Numbered from the stretch's first letter, positions 10,793 through 21,239 are shown. The stretch: 64,000 nt of DNA from an uncultured Candidatus Saccharibacteria bacterium (GCA_964370865.1 CAYJKF010000002.1:84719-148718), one strand, 5' to 3'. Notes: generated by a model from the sequence alone, not told the origin. A program made the numbers and translations.

Positions 10793-10958
10793 ACAATAAG
10801 CATAGAATTCACTAAACAACATTGCCTTCTCACAGCTCTACGGCGTTTTTTCCCATTATTTAAAGCAAATCTACAGTCAGCATAGAATCCTACTAAAGTT
10901 GTTTTCGGGTGTTCTTCGTGTTCACACAATACTCTTATTGCCTTAATATACCTAGTAA

Positions 10959-10984
10959 GTGGTGATGAATGGTGAATAGTGGTG
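10959..10984 (+). promoter_or_regulatory. MraZ-binding direct repeats
   Basis: GTGGTG/ATGGTG/GTGGTG at exact 10-bp spacing upstream of mraZ, matching the known GTGG(A/T)G MraZ box arrangement. Confidence 0.8.
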
Positions 10985-11053
10985 ATGAAGCACATTTAAA
11001 TTAACACAACGATTAGAAACCACGCAAGTATTTAGGTTTCCTGCCAATTTCGC

Positions 11054-11494
11054 ATGATTATAGGCGAGCATAAACAAAAAATAGGGGATAAAAATAGGAT
11101 CGCTTTCCCTAAAAAATTTAGAGAAGAGCTAGGAAACAAGCTAATAATAACTCGTGGTTACGAAGGGTGTCTCATAGTCATGTCACCTGCCCAGTGGGAG
11201 GAGATGACCCAAGATTCAATCAAGGGTCCATTCGTCTCTTCATTGATTAGAGACACCCGACGTTTTCTATTCGCCGGAGCAAGCGAAATCGAGCTTGATT
11301 CACAAGGACGTTTTGTAATTCCACCTTTTTTAATGGATTATTCAAATTTATCCCAAGAAGGAGTTTTTCTAGGACTCGGTAGATGGGTAGAACTTTGGAA
11401 TTCCGATAACTGGAATGCAAAACTAAAAGATATTGGTGACTCAAGTGGTGATGTAGCAGATCGTCTTGCCAAAACTGGAGATCAAGATGTATAA
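11054..11494 (+). CDS. mraZ: Transcriptional regulator MraZ
   Basis: Motifs GEH...DKNRI.FPKKFR, ITRGYEGCL, LDSQGRF.IP and G.GRWVELW. Confidence 0.95.
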   Translation: MIIGEHKQKIGDKNRIAFPKKFREELGNKLIITRGYEGCLIVMSPAQWEEMTQDSIKGPFVSSLIRDTRRFLFAGASEIELDSQGRFVIPPFLMDYSNLSQEGVFLGLGRWVELWNSDNWNAKLKDIGDSSGDVADRLAKTGDQDV

Positions 11495-12350
11495 AACGGA
11501 TCATTTTCCAGTCATGTATAAAGAAGCATTGGATGCACTGAACGTTCAAGCAAATGAGCTTTATATTGATTGTAATTTGGGTCTTGGTGGACATACTTCT
11601 CTACTTTTGGAAAGAGGAGCAAGAGTAATTGGGATTGATGCCGATCATGAAGCAATTGAACATTGTAGAAAAAGATTTGAGAAGGAATTAGCAAGTGGCA
11701 CATTAAAAATTCTTCATATGAATTTCAGTAAAATAAATGAAATTCCTCTAGAAGACAAAGTAGCAGGAATTTTATATGATCTTGGATTAAACCTAGGTCA
11801 GCTTAAAGATTCTGAGCGTGGCTTTAGCTTTCATGACACTGGTGAACTCGATATGAGAATGGATACAACACTTGGCGTGAAGGCAATCGATCTAATAAGA
11901 TTGCTGAATGAAGATCAATTAAGCAAATTAATCTTTGAATACGGCGAAGATCCACAAGCCAGAATTTTCTCAAAAGCGATAAAATTTGCTGTAAAAAATG
12001 GAAAAATCCGAACTCCTTCGGATTTAGCAGAGGTAATTAGAAAAGCCTCAAAATATCCTTCCAGTAAATTACATCCTGCTACAAGAACATTTCAAGCATT
12101 ACGAATTGCAGTTAATAGTGAACTTGATTCTTTGCGAGAATCACTAGCTAATGCGATTCCGCTACTAAAACCGAGTGGCCGGCTAGTAATCATCAGTTTT
12201 CATTCACTCGAAGATGAGATATCAAAATCATTGGCGGAATCGCAGCAGCTTATATCAATAACAAAGAAGCCAGTAGAAGCGTCGCTTGATGAAGTCGAAA
12301 AAAATCCTCCATCAAGAAGCGCAAAAATGAGAGTCTATGAAAAACAATAA
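11487..12350 (+). CDS. rsmH: 16S rRNA m4C1402 methyltransferase RsmH
   Basis: Motifs HFPVM, GLGGH, DLG, RGFSF, LDMRMD, HPATRTFQALRIAVN, SFHSLED and RSAKMR. Confidence 0.95.
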   Translation: MYKTDHFPVMYKEALDALNVQANELYIDCNLGLGGHTSLLLERGARVIGIDADHEAIEHCRKRFEKELASGTLKILHMNFSKINEIPLEDKVAGILYDLGLNLGQLKDSERGFSFHDTGELDMRMDTTLGVKAIDLIRLLNEDQLSKLIFEYGEDPQARIFSKAIKFAVKNGKIRTPSDLAEVIRKASKYPSSKLHPATRTFQALRIAVNSELDSLRESLANAIPLLKPSGRLVIISFHSLEDEISKSLAESQQLISITKKPVEASLDEVEKNPPSRSAKMRVYEKQ

Positions 12351-12621
12351 TTATCTAAAAATCTTAAATATATTACTCTTTATTGGATTAGTCCTAAGTT
12401 TTGCAGGAAGCCTGTATATGACAGATAAAGTCGCCTTAGCAGGAGCTAATTTAGGCAATATCGAAAGTAAAATTGATGATCAAGAAAAATATAATTATTA
12501 TCTAACAACCGAATTAAATCGATTAAATTCTACTGCAGTTTTATATGATAGAATCCAAACAGCTCAGTTTGTTAAAGCAAGCGTAGACTATATGGATGTT
12601 CCAGAATACGCATATAGGTAA
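12337..12621 (+). CDS. ftsL: FtsL-like cell division protein
   Basis: Single TM followed by a coiled coil, at the canonical position between rsmH and ftsI. Confidence 0.65.
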   Translation: MKNNNYLKILNILLFIGLVLSFAGSLYMTDKVALAGANLGNIESKIDDQEKYNYYLTTELNRLNSTAVLYDRIQTAQFVKASVDYMDVPEYAYR

Positions 12622-12629
12622 AACCCTTT

Positions 12630-14333
12630 ATGAGGAAATTCAGCGACAGTACAAATTTTCGATTGGCACTGCCAAAATACTTCCTATATTTCGCAACTCT
12701 ATTTATTATTTTCAGACTTTTTCAAATCCAAGTACTAAATACTTCAAGATACAGAGCAGAAGCAAAGCAACAACAATGGAAGGGAAATACAATCCCTTCG
12801 AAAAGAGGCACAATCTATTCTTCTGACAAGTACCCGATTACTCAAAGTATTCAAAAGTACGATTTATATTACGAAGCCTCTGAGAAAACAGATGAAACTG
12901 AACTAATCGCTGGTCTTGATACAGTAATCGAATATGATAGGAATGAGGTTAGAAATATTCTCTTGAAGGAAACTCGAAGAGCCAAATTATTAACAAATCT
13001 TGATTACCAGCAAAAAACAATAATAGAAGGGCTTAAAATCCCAGGAGTAATAATCGAGCCTTACTACGTTAGGGAATATCCAGAAGATGATATGTTAGCC
13101 CATTTGCTTGGATTTGTCGGAAAAGACAAATATGGATCCGATGTAGGATACTACGGATTAGAGCAATACTATGATGGGGATTTATCTGGTACGCCTGGCA
13201 ATAAATTCCAAGAACAATCTGCATCAGGCAACATAATTCTATGGGGAAATACAGAAATTATTGAACCCGTTAATGGAAGTGATTTACATATCACTATCGA
13301 TCGTAATGTTCAGTTCTTAGCCGAGCAGAAAATAAAACATGGGGTTGATATATATAATGCAAAATCAGGAAGCGTTATAGTAGTCGAGCCTAATACAGGA
13401 AAAATTCTCGCGATGGCAAATTATCCCGTGTTTGACCTAGATAAATATGCGGATTTTGTCGATGAGAAAAATTTATTAAGAAATTCTGCAATAGGAACCG
13501 TTTACGAGGCGGGTTCTGTCATTAAACCAATTACTATGTCTTCAGCGATGGATGCAGGAAGTATTAGCATGAATTCTGTATATAACGATACTGGTCCAAA
13601 GATTTATTCAGGTCATAAGATAGACAATTGGGATGGTAAACACCATGGTGAAGAAACGATGACCGAGATTCTTCAGCACTCAAATAATATGGGAATGGCG
13701 TGGATTGGGACCCAAATTGGAGATAAGGCTTTGCTGGACTATTTTGCCAATTTTTATTTAGGGAAGAAATTATCAATTGATCTTGATGGAGAAGAGCGTG
13801 GATTAGTTTATTCGAATCCTCCACTTAAGGAAATTGAATTAGCAAATGCGTCATTTGGGCAAGGTATTTCGGTAACACCGCTCCAAGTTGCAATGTCATT
13901 CTCAGCAATAGCAAATAAAGGTTACTTGATGAAGCCGTATGTTGTGGAAGAAGTATCGGGTCCGGGTGGTTCCACTAAAACTGAGCCTGAAATTTTATCT
14001 AGACCGATTAGTACACAGACCGCGGATGAGATGGTGGGAATGTTAACAGAGGCTGTATCTGGCGGTGAGGCTAAGTTTTTTGTATCAAAAAAATACCAAA
14101 TCGCCGGAAAAACAGGAACAGCTCAAGTTCCTGTTTCTGGTGGTTACGATCCTAGTAGAACTAACGCGACTTTTGTTGGATTTTTCCCCTCATATAGAAA
14201 TTTTGTAATGTTAATTAGACTTGAAGAACCATCATCACCAAGTGGCTATGCAGCAGAGACCGCGGTACCTCTTTGGATGTCTTTAGCTGAAGAATTAGCA
14301 AACTACTACAATTTGCGACCTGATAAAGAATAA
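12630..14333 (+). CDS. ftsI: Class B penicillin-binding protein FtsI
   Basis: Pedestal motifs RG.I, R.YP and GLEQYYD. Transpeptidase motifs SVIK, SNN and KTGT are intact. Confidence 0.92.
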   Translation: MRKFSDSTNFRLALPKYFLYFATLFIIFRLFQIQVLNTSRYRAEAKQQQWKGNTIPSKRGTIYSSDKYPITQSIQKYDLYYEASEKTDETELIAGLDTVIEYDRNEVRNILLKETRRAKLLTNLDYQQKTIIEGLKIPGVIIEPYYVREYPEDDMLAHLLGFVGKDKYGSDVGYYGLEQYYDGDLSGTPGNKFQEQSASGNIILWGNTEIIEPVNGSDLHITIDRNVQFLAEQKIKHGVDIYNAKSGSVIVVEPNTGKILAMANYPVFDLDKYADFVDEKNLLRNSAIGTVYEAGSVIKPITMSSAMDAGSISMNSVYNDTGPKIYSGHKIDNWDGKHHGEETMTEILQHSNNMGMAWIGTQIGDKALLDYFANFYLGKKLSIDLDGEERGLVYSNPPLKEIELANASFGQGISVTPLQVAMSFSAIANKGYLMKPYVVEEVSGPGGSTKTEPEILSRPISTQTADEMVGMLTEAVSGGEAKFFVSKKYQIAGKTGTAQVPVSGGYDPSRTNATFVGFFPSYRNFVMLIRLEEPSSPSGYAAETAVPLWMSLAEELANYYNLRPDKE

Positions 14334-14349
14334 TTTAGTATTACACTGT

Positions 14350-15552
14350 ATGGATTTAGCTTCTACATATTTAATAAAGGGCGGTTGGTCTGCGCATGGG
14401 GATGTTGAGGTGTCTGGCGATACAAATTCCGCCATTGCAAATACATGCTTAGCATTACTTACTGGCGAAAAGAAAATCATTATAAATGCTCCTCGAACAA
14501 ATATTTTTTTAGCGTTTTTGAAGAACTTAGAATTATTAGGTGTTGAAATTAAATGGATTTCAATTTCTCAGATTAGTGTTGATGTTGATTGGAATGTATT
14601 TGATCCTGATTTTGTTCAATATTTGCCTGATTTAGTTCCCACTTTTTCAGAGATATTTATAAACCTAGTATTAGCAAAAAAATATTCAGTAAAAGTTCCG
14701 CTAAAATTTAGGACCCATTTACCAAGATATAAACGATTGGGTTGTATTGTCGAATTCTCTGATGATAATTATTTCTTAATTCAGGCACCAATACATAACA
14801 ACGTAGCTTTGCCCAAATATCATATACATTCTTTTCAAAAAGATTTCTACGCTTTATTGAATTATTCTCTATTAAAATATATTTATCCTAAAATACATAT
14901 TGATTTTGATAATAAGCCACACCCACTTAGGATTTTTAGCGACCAAGAATATATGAAGCAAGATAAATATAGCGTATCCGCAAATGTTTCAGAGGTGAAT
15001 TTTTATGCGATGCTTGCAGTATTAACTGATGGCGAATTAAATATTAAAGGGGTAGATTTAGAGCTTTCATTAGGTTTTCTAATGGATTTAGATGAGATAG
15101 GGGCGACTTATGAAGTAAAATCGAAAGTATTGAAAATCTGGCAAGACTTAAAGTTTTTAAAGCCAAAGTATAACTATATATCCTCAAATCCAGATGAATT
15201 AGGATATCTTTTACTATTTCATACTCTATACGGCGAGAAAAAAATTAGTATCACTTGTAGGGATTCTTTTGATATTAGAGATTTAATTAAAACGTTGAAT
15301 ATAATGGGTTGTTATATCAGTTATGAGCAACTACAGGATAAAATATTAGAATTAACAGTTAAGCCATCTGTTTTAGTCTCATTTAAATTGCCAATTCCTA
15401 ATGGTAGATGGGGAGGAGTCGTTTTAGCCGCAGCTATCGCTTACATTGGAAACAGCATAGTAACTGATATTGAGAGAATTTCTGACTACATTCCATTCTT
15501 AGAAGAAACACTTGAAAATCTTGATCTAAAATTAATTCCTAGAGCAAGTTAA
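14350..15552 (+). CDS. Degenerate MurA-like (enolpyruvate transferase fold) protein lacking catalytic motifs
   Basis: The N-terminus aligns by eye with MurA (IKGG..HGDVEVSGDTNSA, N.P, LELLG), as does the C-terminal GGVVLAAAI..G.S.V. SGAKN Lys, the PGGC loop, FPTD and RGY are not conserved. Confidence 0.65.
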   Translation: MDLASTYLIKGGWSAHGDVEVSGDTNSAIANTCLALLTGEKKIIINAPRTNIFLAFLKNLELLGVEIKWISISQISVDVDWNVFDPDFVQYLPDLVPTFSEIFINLVLAKKYSVKVPLKFRTHLPRYKRLGCIVEFSDDNYFLIQAPIHNNVALPKYHIHSFQKDFYALLNYSLLKYIYPKIHIDFDNKPHPLRIFSDQEYMKQDKYSVSANVSEVNFYAMLAVLTDGELNIKGVDLELSLGFLMDLDEIGATYEVKSKVLKIWQDLKFLKPKYNYISSNPDELGYLLLFHTLYGEKKISITCRDSFDIRDLIKTLNIMGCYISYEQLQDKILELTVKPSVLVSFKLPIPNGRWGGVVLAAAIAYIGNSIVTDIERISDYIPFLEETLENLDLKLIPRAS

Positions 15553-16073
15553 ATATCCCGTAATTTAGTAATTGCCCTGTTTATAATAGTTCCAATGTTT
15601 GTTTCACTAATACTCAGAACTTCTGCAATTTTCTTATTTGAGTAGCCTTCATAAAATTTTAGTTTGATTATTACCTGTTCTCTATCTTTCAAATTCGTTA
15701 ATAAATTTTTCAAAGTAATCGAAGTTTCATCTTCAATTAACCGGTCTTCGATTGATTCTTTAGCGTCGGGAATAACATGTTCTATATCTATCTCAACGGT
15801 ATTCTTTAAAGTTCTCAAATAATCTACATATGTATTGTATGCAATTTTATATATCCACGCGGAGAAAGAGGTACCTTGCCATTTATAACCTGAAATATTC
15901 TTGAGTGCCTTTTCAAAAGTGGTGGATGCCAGGTCCTCGGCAGTATGTAAATTTCCATTCACTTTATGTTGCAAATATCTAACTACCTTTGGCCAGTAAT
16001 ATTCATATAATTTCCCAAAAGCCTTTTTGTCCTTTTTTGCCTTATTTATAAGTTTTTCTTCATTTTCAAGCAT
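15549..16073 (-). CDS. ECF-type sigma-70 factor
   Basis: Region 2 motifs AFGKLYE, AEDL, FSAWIYKIAYN and DYLR. Region 4 YSNKKIAEVL..NIGT..RA..KLR. Confidence 0.92.
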   Translation of the reverse strand: MLENEEKLINKAKKDKKAFGKLYEYYWPKVVRYLQHKVNGNLHTAEDLASTTFEKALKNISGYKWQGTSFSAWIYKIAYNTYVDYLRTLKNTVEIDIEHVIPDAKESIEDRLIEDETSITLKNLLTNLKDREQVIIKLKFYEGYSNKKIAEVLSISETNIGTIINRAITKLRDI

Positions 16074-16890
16074 ATGCGTGAAGATAATTTTCAATAAAAG
16101 CTTTGATTTTAGGTTCGAAATCCCGTTTTCTTCCATAAAATATATAAGTTGTATTTGGTTTGTTTTCTATTGAATTAATTTTAGTAGGATTAGTAATTAA
16201 TATTTTGTTTTCAGGGAACATTTCTAATATGCTATTTAGGGGGATTGGATGAAAAAAATAGCAAGCGTCAACGACCATTGAACCATCTGGCAAATTAGTA
16301 AAGCGTATTCTAGGTATCGGAATGCTATTATTTCTGTCTATTTGGTTATTATTTTCGTGAAAATATTTATCAATATAAGCTAGAAGAATTGATTCATTTC
16401 CTTTGGAAATTTCCTTTATATCCTGGCTAGTTATAATTTCCGTGTTTTTTGAATATTTCTTTAGAGTTTCCATTTTTGCACTAGATTCGTCGATTAAGGA
16501 TAGAAATGGTTTAAGTATCGATATCCAGTAATTGAATATAAAAGGATTTTCATGATTTAAATCCAAAATCAACGTATGGGGGTATGGTCTAATGTAAATT
16601 AATCGCATAATCGAGATTGCAAGAAATTGAATCCAAGAGAGCATGTCACGTGGATAATATTTTTCTCCTAATATAAATAATCCAGTCGAGAATTCATTCC
16701 TTGTGGATTCTATATTACGACGTGGGTTTAAGGAAGGTGACAGATTGTTATACAAGGATTCCCGTATAAGTGTTGGAATTCTATCAGAAACAATGACTAC
16801 GATGGTTGTTTTGTGCTTTTTGATAGTAAATTGCACAATTGTTCCAATTGTCACCCTAGCAATAGTATGTTTAATATCTTTTAAACTCAT
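16066..16890 (-). CDS. Degenerate, shortened MurF/Mur-ligase-like protein lacking the P-loop
   Basis: Segments KKHKTTIVVIV, RRNIESTRNEFSTGLFILG, YPHTLILDL..LKP and PRIRF..SMVVDACY..P follow the Mur ligase order. GSxGKT is replaced by SDRIPT. Confidence 0.55.
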   Translation of the reverse strand: MSLKDIKHTIARVTIGTIVQFTIKKHKTTIVVIVSDRIPTLIRESLYNNLSPSLNPRRNIESTRNEFSTGLFILGEKYYPRDMLSWIQFLAISIMRLIYIRPYPHTLILDLNHENPFIFNYWISILKPFLSLIDESSAKMETLKKYSKNTEIITSQDIKEISKGNESILLAYIDKYFHENNNQIDRNNSIPIPRIRFTNLPDGSMVVDACYFFHPIPLNSILEMFPENKILITNPTKINSIENKPNTTYIFYGRKRDFEPKIKAFIENYLHAYA

Positions 16891-16957
16891 AAAGTATAAT
16901 AACGTCATTCAACCCAACATATCACGTAGAGTTGCTATATGATTAAATTAATAGGAT

Positions 16958-18175
16958 ATGCTAAATTTACGAAAAAGAAACACCTTAAAAACAAATAAAA
17001 CTGGCCCAAACTACCTACTTATAATTAATATCCTTGTTCTAATACTTATTGGAATTCTAATGGTATATGAAGCTTCACTTGTATATGCTACCCAGCGCTT
17101 TGGGAATCGATACCATTTTTTATTTCTGCAGAGTGCTTGGATGATCGCAGGTTTGTCTGTTGGATATCTAATTTCTAGAGTTAATTTAGAAATATTAAAA
17201 AAGTTTGCCTTTTACTTGTGGATTGCGAATATTTTATTTTTGATTTTTGTTTTACTGCCCACACCTTTTTCTCCTGAAGTGTATGGAGCGAAACGTTGGA
17301 TATATTTGAATCCCGAGGGATTATTACCAGCTTTACCGTTTTTAGGACGCCTATCCTTTCAACCAAGTGAATTAGTTAAGTTTACTTCACTGTTATATTG
17401 CAGTACTTTCCTGACTTCTTCAAAAACTACATCAATTAATGATTTTAAATTTTTACTGAAATATCTTGGTATAGTTGGTGTGACAGTTGGTTTGGTCTTT
17501 TTGCAACCTAATTTTTCAACAGCAACCATTATTGGCTCAATATTAATTGCTTTATACTTTTTTGCCGGTGGTAGGCTTTATTATTTCTTAATTGGTTTAC
17601 CAACTTTAATCGGTCTTGCCTCTGCATATGTATTTTCTTCCGAATATAGGCGATTAAGAATAATGACACTATTTGAACCGGATTCAATTGATAAAAGCAG
17701 TACGGGATATCATATTAACCAAATTATGATAGCCCTAGGTTCTGGAGGATTATTTGGACTCGGCCTTGGAAAGTCTCGGCAGAAATATTCATATTTACCA
17801 GAAGTCACTGCGGATTCGCTCTTTGCCGTTATTGGCGAAGAATTAGGATTTATCGGAGCTACTTTTGTAGTTTTGTTACTTGTTGGGTTAATTTGGCAAT
17901 GTTTTGATTTGGCAGCAAAAAGTACGACTCGCTTTAACATTTTAATATGCAGCGGGGTTGGAACTTGGTTAGCTGTTCAAACATTAATTAATCTTGGTGC
18001 GATTGTTAGAGTTATACCATTAACAGGAATTCCCTTACCTTTAATCTCGTATGGGGGATCGTCAGCAATATTCCTTTTAATGGCGCTTGGTTTAGTTGTG
18101 AATATTTCCGCCGACAATAATTCACCAGATACTAACGTCTCAAAAAAAGTTAAACTGCGTACTAGTGTAAAATAA
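16958..18175 (+). CDS. ftsW: SEDS peptidoglycan polymerase FtsW
   Basis: Motifs GAKRWI, FQPSELVK, LQPN, GSGGLFG.G.G.S.QK..YLPE..AD, GEELGF, PLTGIPLP and SYGGS. Confidence 0.95.
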   Translation: MLNLRKRNTLKTNKTGPNYLLIINILVLILIGILMVYEASLVYATQRFGNRYHFLFLQSAWMIAGLSVGYLISRVNLEILKKFAFYLWIANILFLIFVLLPTPFSPEVYGAKRWIYLNPEGLLPALPFLGRLSFQPSELVKFTSLLYCSTFLTSSKTTSINDFKFLLKYLGIVGVTVGLVFLQPNFSTATIIGSILIALYFFAGGRLYYFLIGLPTLIGLASAYVFSSEYRRLRIMTLFEPDSIDKSSTGYHINQIMIALGSGGLFGLGLGKSRQKYSYLPEVTADSLFAVIGEELGFIGATFVVLLLVGLIWQCFDLAAKSTTRFNILICSGVGTWLAVQTLINLGAIVRVIPLTGIPLPLISYGGSSAIFLLMALGLVVNISADNNSPDTNVSKKVKLRTSVK

Positions 18176-18179
18176 TTGC

Positions 18180-19310
18180 ATGGTAAAAATTGTATTTACT
18201 GGAGGTCATCATAATTCAGCACTTGTTACTCTTGATGCATTACATGAGGAATTGAATCAAGAAGGAAAAAGTCATGCTTTTTTTTGGTTAGGTAAGAAAT
18301 ACATAGACAAGGAATGCACAGTCTTATCCCCTGAATTCATTGAAGTTACAAAACGCAAAGTCGATTTTATCGAATTTAGTGCCGGAAAACTATTTCGAAC
18401 ACACTCCATTTTATACATATGGAAAGTCATAATAAATTTGGCCAAAATTCCTTTGGGTTTTATTAAAGCCTATAATATTCTAGCCCAAATAAAGCCGAAT
18501 ATTATAGTTTCGTTTGGTGGTTACCTTGCAGTTCCCGTAGCTATTATAGGAAAACTTAAAGGGATTAAAGTAGTAAGCCACGAGCAAACTGCAACCTTTG
18601 GTTTAGCAAATAAAATTATTGGTTTTGTAGCAGATGAAATCTATGTGACTTGGAAGAAGGAAATATACCCCCAATATTTTAAGAAAAAAATAATCGAAAC
18701 AGGTTTACCAACCCGAATTATCGGGCAGACTGGTGAGAAATATGCCTTTAAAAATTTAAAACCCGTTTTATATGTCTCCGGTGGAAAACTCGGATCAGAT
18801 GTAATCAATACTACGATTTTTCAATCCCTTGATACTTTATTAACAAAGGTAAACATAATTTGGTCGATAGGTTCGAATTTTGTATCTTTTTCAGAAGAAC
18901 TATTGATAGAATATTTAACAAGACACCCCAATTATCAAGGATCAATAATTTATAGTAGATACTTTAACGAACTTGAAGTCGAGAAAATCTATAGGTCATT
19001 TCATTTCGGATTATCAAGAGCAGGAGCCCATACCACATACGAGTATGCGTATTATGCAAAACCATCCATTTTGATTCCGATACCATGGTCATCAAACCAG
19101 GAACAATTGAAAAATGCACAAATGTTAGCATCTCTTGGATTAGCAGAAATCATACTTGAGGAGAACTTCAATTCCACCAAATTGGTCGAAACAATCGATA
19201 TTGTTTTAGATAAATCTAATAGAGATATGTATCCAAAATCCGTTAAGATAGAACGTGAAGGTACAAAAAAAATCTGCCATGAAATTATTAAATATATTCA
19301 AAAAGCGTAA
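18180..19310 (+). CDS. murG: Lipid I GlcNAc transferase MurG
   Basis: Motifs TGGH, GKL.R, FGGY, HEQ, GLAN, G.P.R, GG..G, SRAG and Q..NA. Confidence 0.9.
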   Translation: MVKIVFTGGHHNSALVTLDALHEELNQEGKSHAFFWLGKKYIDKECTVLSPEFIEVTKRKVDFIEFSAGKLFRTHSILYIWKVIINLAKIPLGFIKAYNILAQIKPNIIVSFGGYLAVPVAIIGKLKGIKVVSHEQTATFGLANKIIGFVADEIYVTWKKEIYPQYFKKKIIETGLPTRIIGQTGEKYAFKNLKPVLYVSGGKLGSDVINTTIFQSLDTLLTKVNIIWSIGSNFVSFSEELLIEYLTRHPNYQGSIIYSRYFNELEVEKIYRSFHFGLSRAGAHTTYEYAYYAKPSILIPIPWSSNQEQLKNAQMLASLGLAEIILEENFNSTKLVETIDIVLDKSNRDMYPKSVKIEREGTKKICHEIIKYIQKA

Positions 19311-19962
19311 ATTTATTTTTATATTAGTTAGTCTTTTTGTTGCTATTTTTCTAATCCTATTCCTATATGTTTTTAGGGTTAATTCACTCGAAGTTGTATC
19401 GAACAGTGCCGAAGCTAATGCTGATTTCATCACGGCAAAAGAATCTTTACAAACAAAGTATATTGGTCAGAGCATGTTTTTTGTCGACAATATTGATGTG
19501 TCGGCATATTTATCAAGTTTCGTTTTTTCACATAAATTATCACACATTGTTAAAACCTATCCTTCACACATATCAGTCGTTGTAGAGCCCAGACAACCAA
19601 AGTATATTATTAAGGCACCAAATGGATTGTTCACTATTGATGCTGATTACTATGTGATTGAAAGTACGGAGGAGGGGAACGCTCAGATTGAATATCAGTC
19701 TGATTTGCTTGTAAGACGCCACATTGAAGATCAAAAATTAATTGCAGGGTTGAAATATTCTACTTTAGATGCCAAAGTGATAGTAGGTAATGAGATATCA
19801 ATAACATTTGAAGATGGATCAAAAGTTATTCTTCCTGAAGATCAGAATGCTGAAATAATATTAGATATATTGAAAAAGATTCGTCAAAAGTATACGATTG
19901 AAAACAGGGCTATCGAATTAATTGATTTAAGATACTCAAAGCCTATAATTAAATTTAAGTAA
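19279..19962 (+). CDS. ftsQ: FtsQ/DivIB-like cell division protein
   Basis: N-terminal TM, K.YP..I.V.V..R.P and C-terminal IDLRY. Lies before ftsA. Confidence 0.8.
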   Translation: MKLLNIFKKRKFIFILVSLFVAIFLILFLYVFRVNSLEVVSNSAEANADFITAKESLQTKYIGQSMFFVDNIDVSAYLSSFVFSHKLSHIVKTYPSHISVVVEPRQPKYIIKAPNGLFTIDADYYVIESTEEGNAQIEYQSDLLVRRHIEDQKLIAGLKYSTLDAKVIVGNEISITFEDGSKVILPEDQNAEIILDILKKIRQKYTIENRAIELIDLRYSKPIIKFK

Positions 19963-19963
19963 A

Positions 19964-21235
19964 ATGTCGAAAGATCAATTTGTAGTAGCATTAGATATAG
20001 GTTCCTCAAAAATTTCATGTGTTGTAGCTAATCTTGATGGTTCAAGAATTTCCGTAATAGGTGCGCATACAGGAGAGTCAAAAGGAATTAAATCTGGTGT
20101 AGTTAATAACATCGATAAGGCCGTTAGTAGCATTAATGATGTTATCAATAAAGCTGAGATGATGTCTGGGCAGGCTATTTCAAGAGTTGTTGTAACCATT
20201 AGTGGTACACATATTGAGTCGCTAAATTCACGAGGTGTAGTAGCTGTATCTGGTCAGAATTCAGAAATCAACGCAGATGACATAAGCAGAGTCAATGATG
20301 CTGCACAAGCCCTCTCACTCCCATCGTCACGTGAAATAATACATGTCTTGCCAAGAGAGTATGTAGTAGATCGTCAAAGAGGAATTTCCGACCCAAGTGG
20401 GATGACTGGAATCCGTTTAGAGGTCGAGGCAAACATAATTCACGGTAGTACGACAGCCATTAAAAATCTAGTTAAGTGTGTTCAACAAATAGGAATTGAA
20501 GTTGATCAGTTAGCATATTCAGGTCTATCGTCCGCCGAAGCAGTTTTAACTGATACAGAAAAGGAACTTGGTACAATTTTGATTGATATTGGCGGCGGGA
20601 CTATGGATTTAATTATTTACAGTAGTGGTAGACCAGCATATTCTGCGGTACTTCCAATAGGCGGTCAGGATATTACAAATGATTTGGCGATTGGACTAAG
20701 GGCATTATTAGAAGATGCCGAAAAAGTTAAAGTTAGACTCTCAGATCATGAGGAGTTTTCATCGAAAGCTGTGATTATAGATAAGAATGGTAGAGAAGCA
20801 AAAATTCCCAAAGGAGAGCTGTATGTCGGCGATTTGAATTTCGGAATGGATAGTGTGCCAATTGCTGTCCTAAACGAGATTATATACAAAAGGTTAGAAG
20901 AGGCATTTAAATTCGTAAAAATCTATGTTAAGAAAGCAGGGTTTGCAGATAAATTGCCTGCTGGAGTTGTCTTAACTGGTGGTACCTCTATGATTCCAGG
21001 AATTGAGAATATTGCTGAAGATATTTTTAAACTACCGGTAAGGGTTGGTAAGCCATCCGGAATAATTGGACTAGCAGATCAGATACAAACGCCATCTCAT
21101 TCGGCGGTTATTGGCGCATTAAAATACATCTCAAGCACTATACAAGAAACTGGTAGAACAAATGGTAGAAGAAGTGGTACTATAATGGGGATTAACGAGA
21201 GAATAAAAAGTTTTTTCAAATCGTTTCTGCCTTAA
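19964..21235 (+). CDS. ftsA: Cell division protein FtsA
   Basis: Motifs LDIGSSK, LTDTEKELG, DIGGGT, ITND and LTGG, plus a C-terminal amphipathic helix IKSFFKSFLP. Confidence 0.96.
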   Translation: MSKDQFVVALDIGSSKISCVVANLDGSRISVIGAHTGESKGIKSGVVNNIDKAVSSINDVINKAEMMSGQAISRVVVTISGTHIESLNSRGVVAVSGQNSEINADDISRVNDAAQALSLPSSREIIHVLPREYVVDRQRGISDPSGMTGIRLEVEANIIHGSTTAIKNLVKCVQQIGIEVDQLAYSGLSSAEAVLTDTEKELGTILIDIGGGTMDLIIYSSGRPAYSAVLPIGGQDITNDLAIGLRALLEDAEKVKVRLSDHEEFSSKAVIIDKNGREAKIPKGELYVGDLNFGMDSVPIAVLNEIIYKRLEEAFKFVKIYVKKAGFADKLPAGVVLTGGTSMIPGIENIAEDIFKLPVRVGKPSGIIGLADQIQTPSHSAVIGALKYISSTIQETGRTNGRRSGTIMGINERIKSFFKSFLP

Positions 21236-21239
21236 AAAT

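Noticed and set aside
10959-10984. 10-bp periodic repeat as a novel element or iteron
   Set aside because: It is fully explained as MraZ operator boxes.
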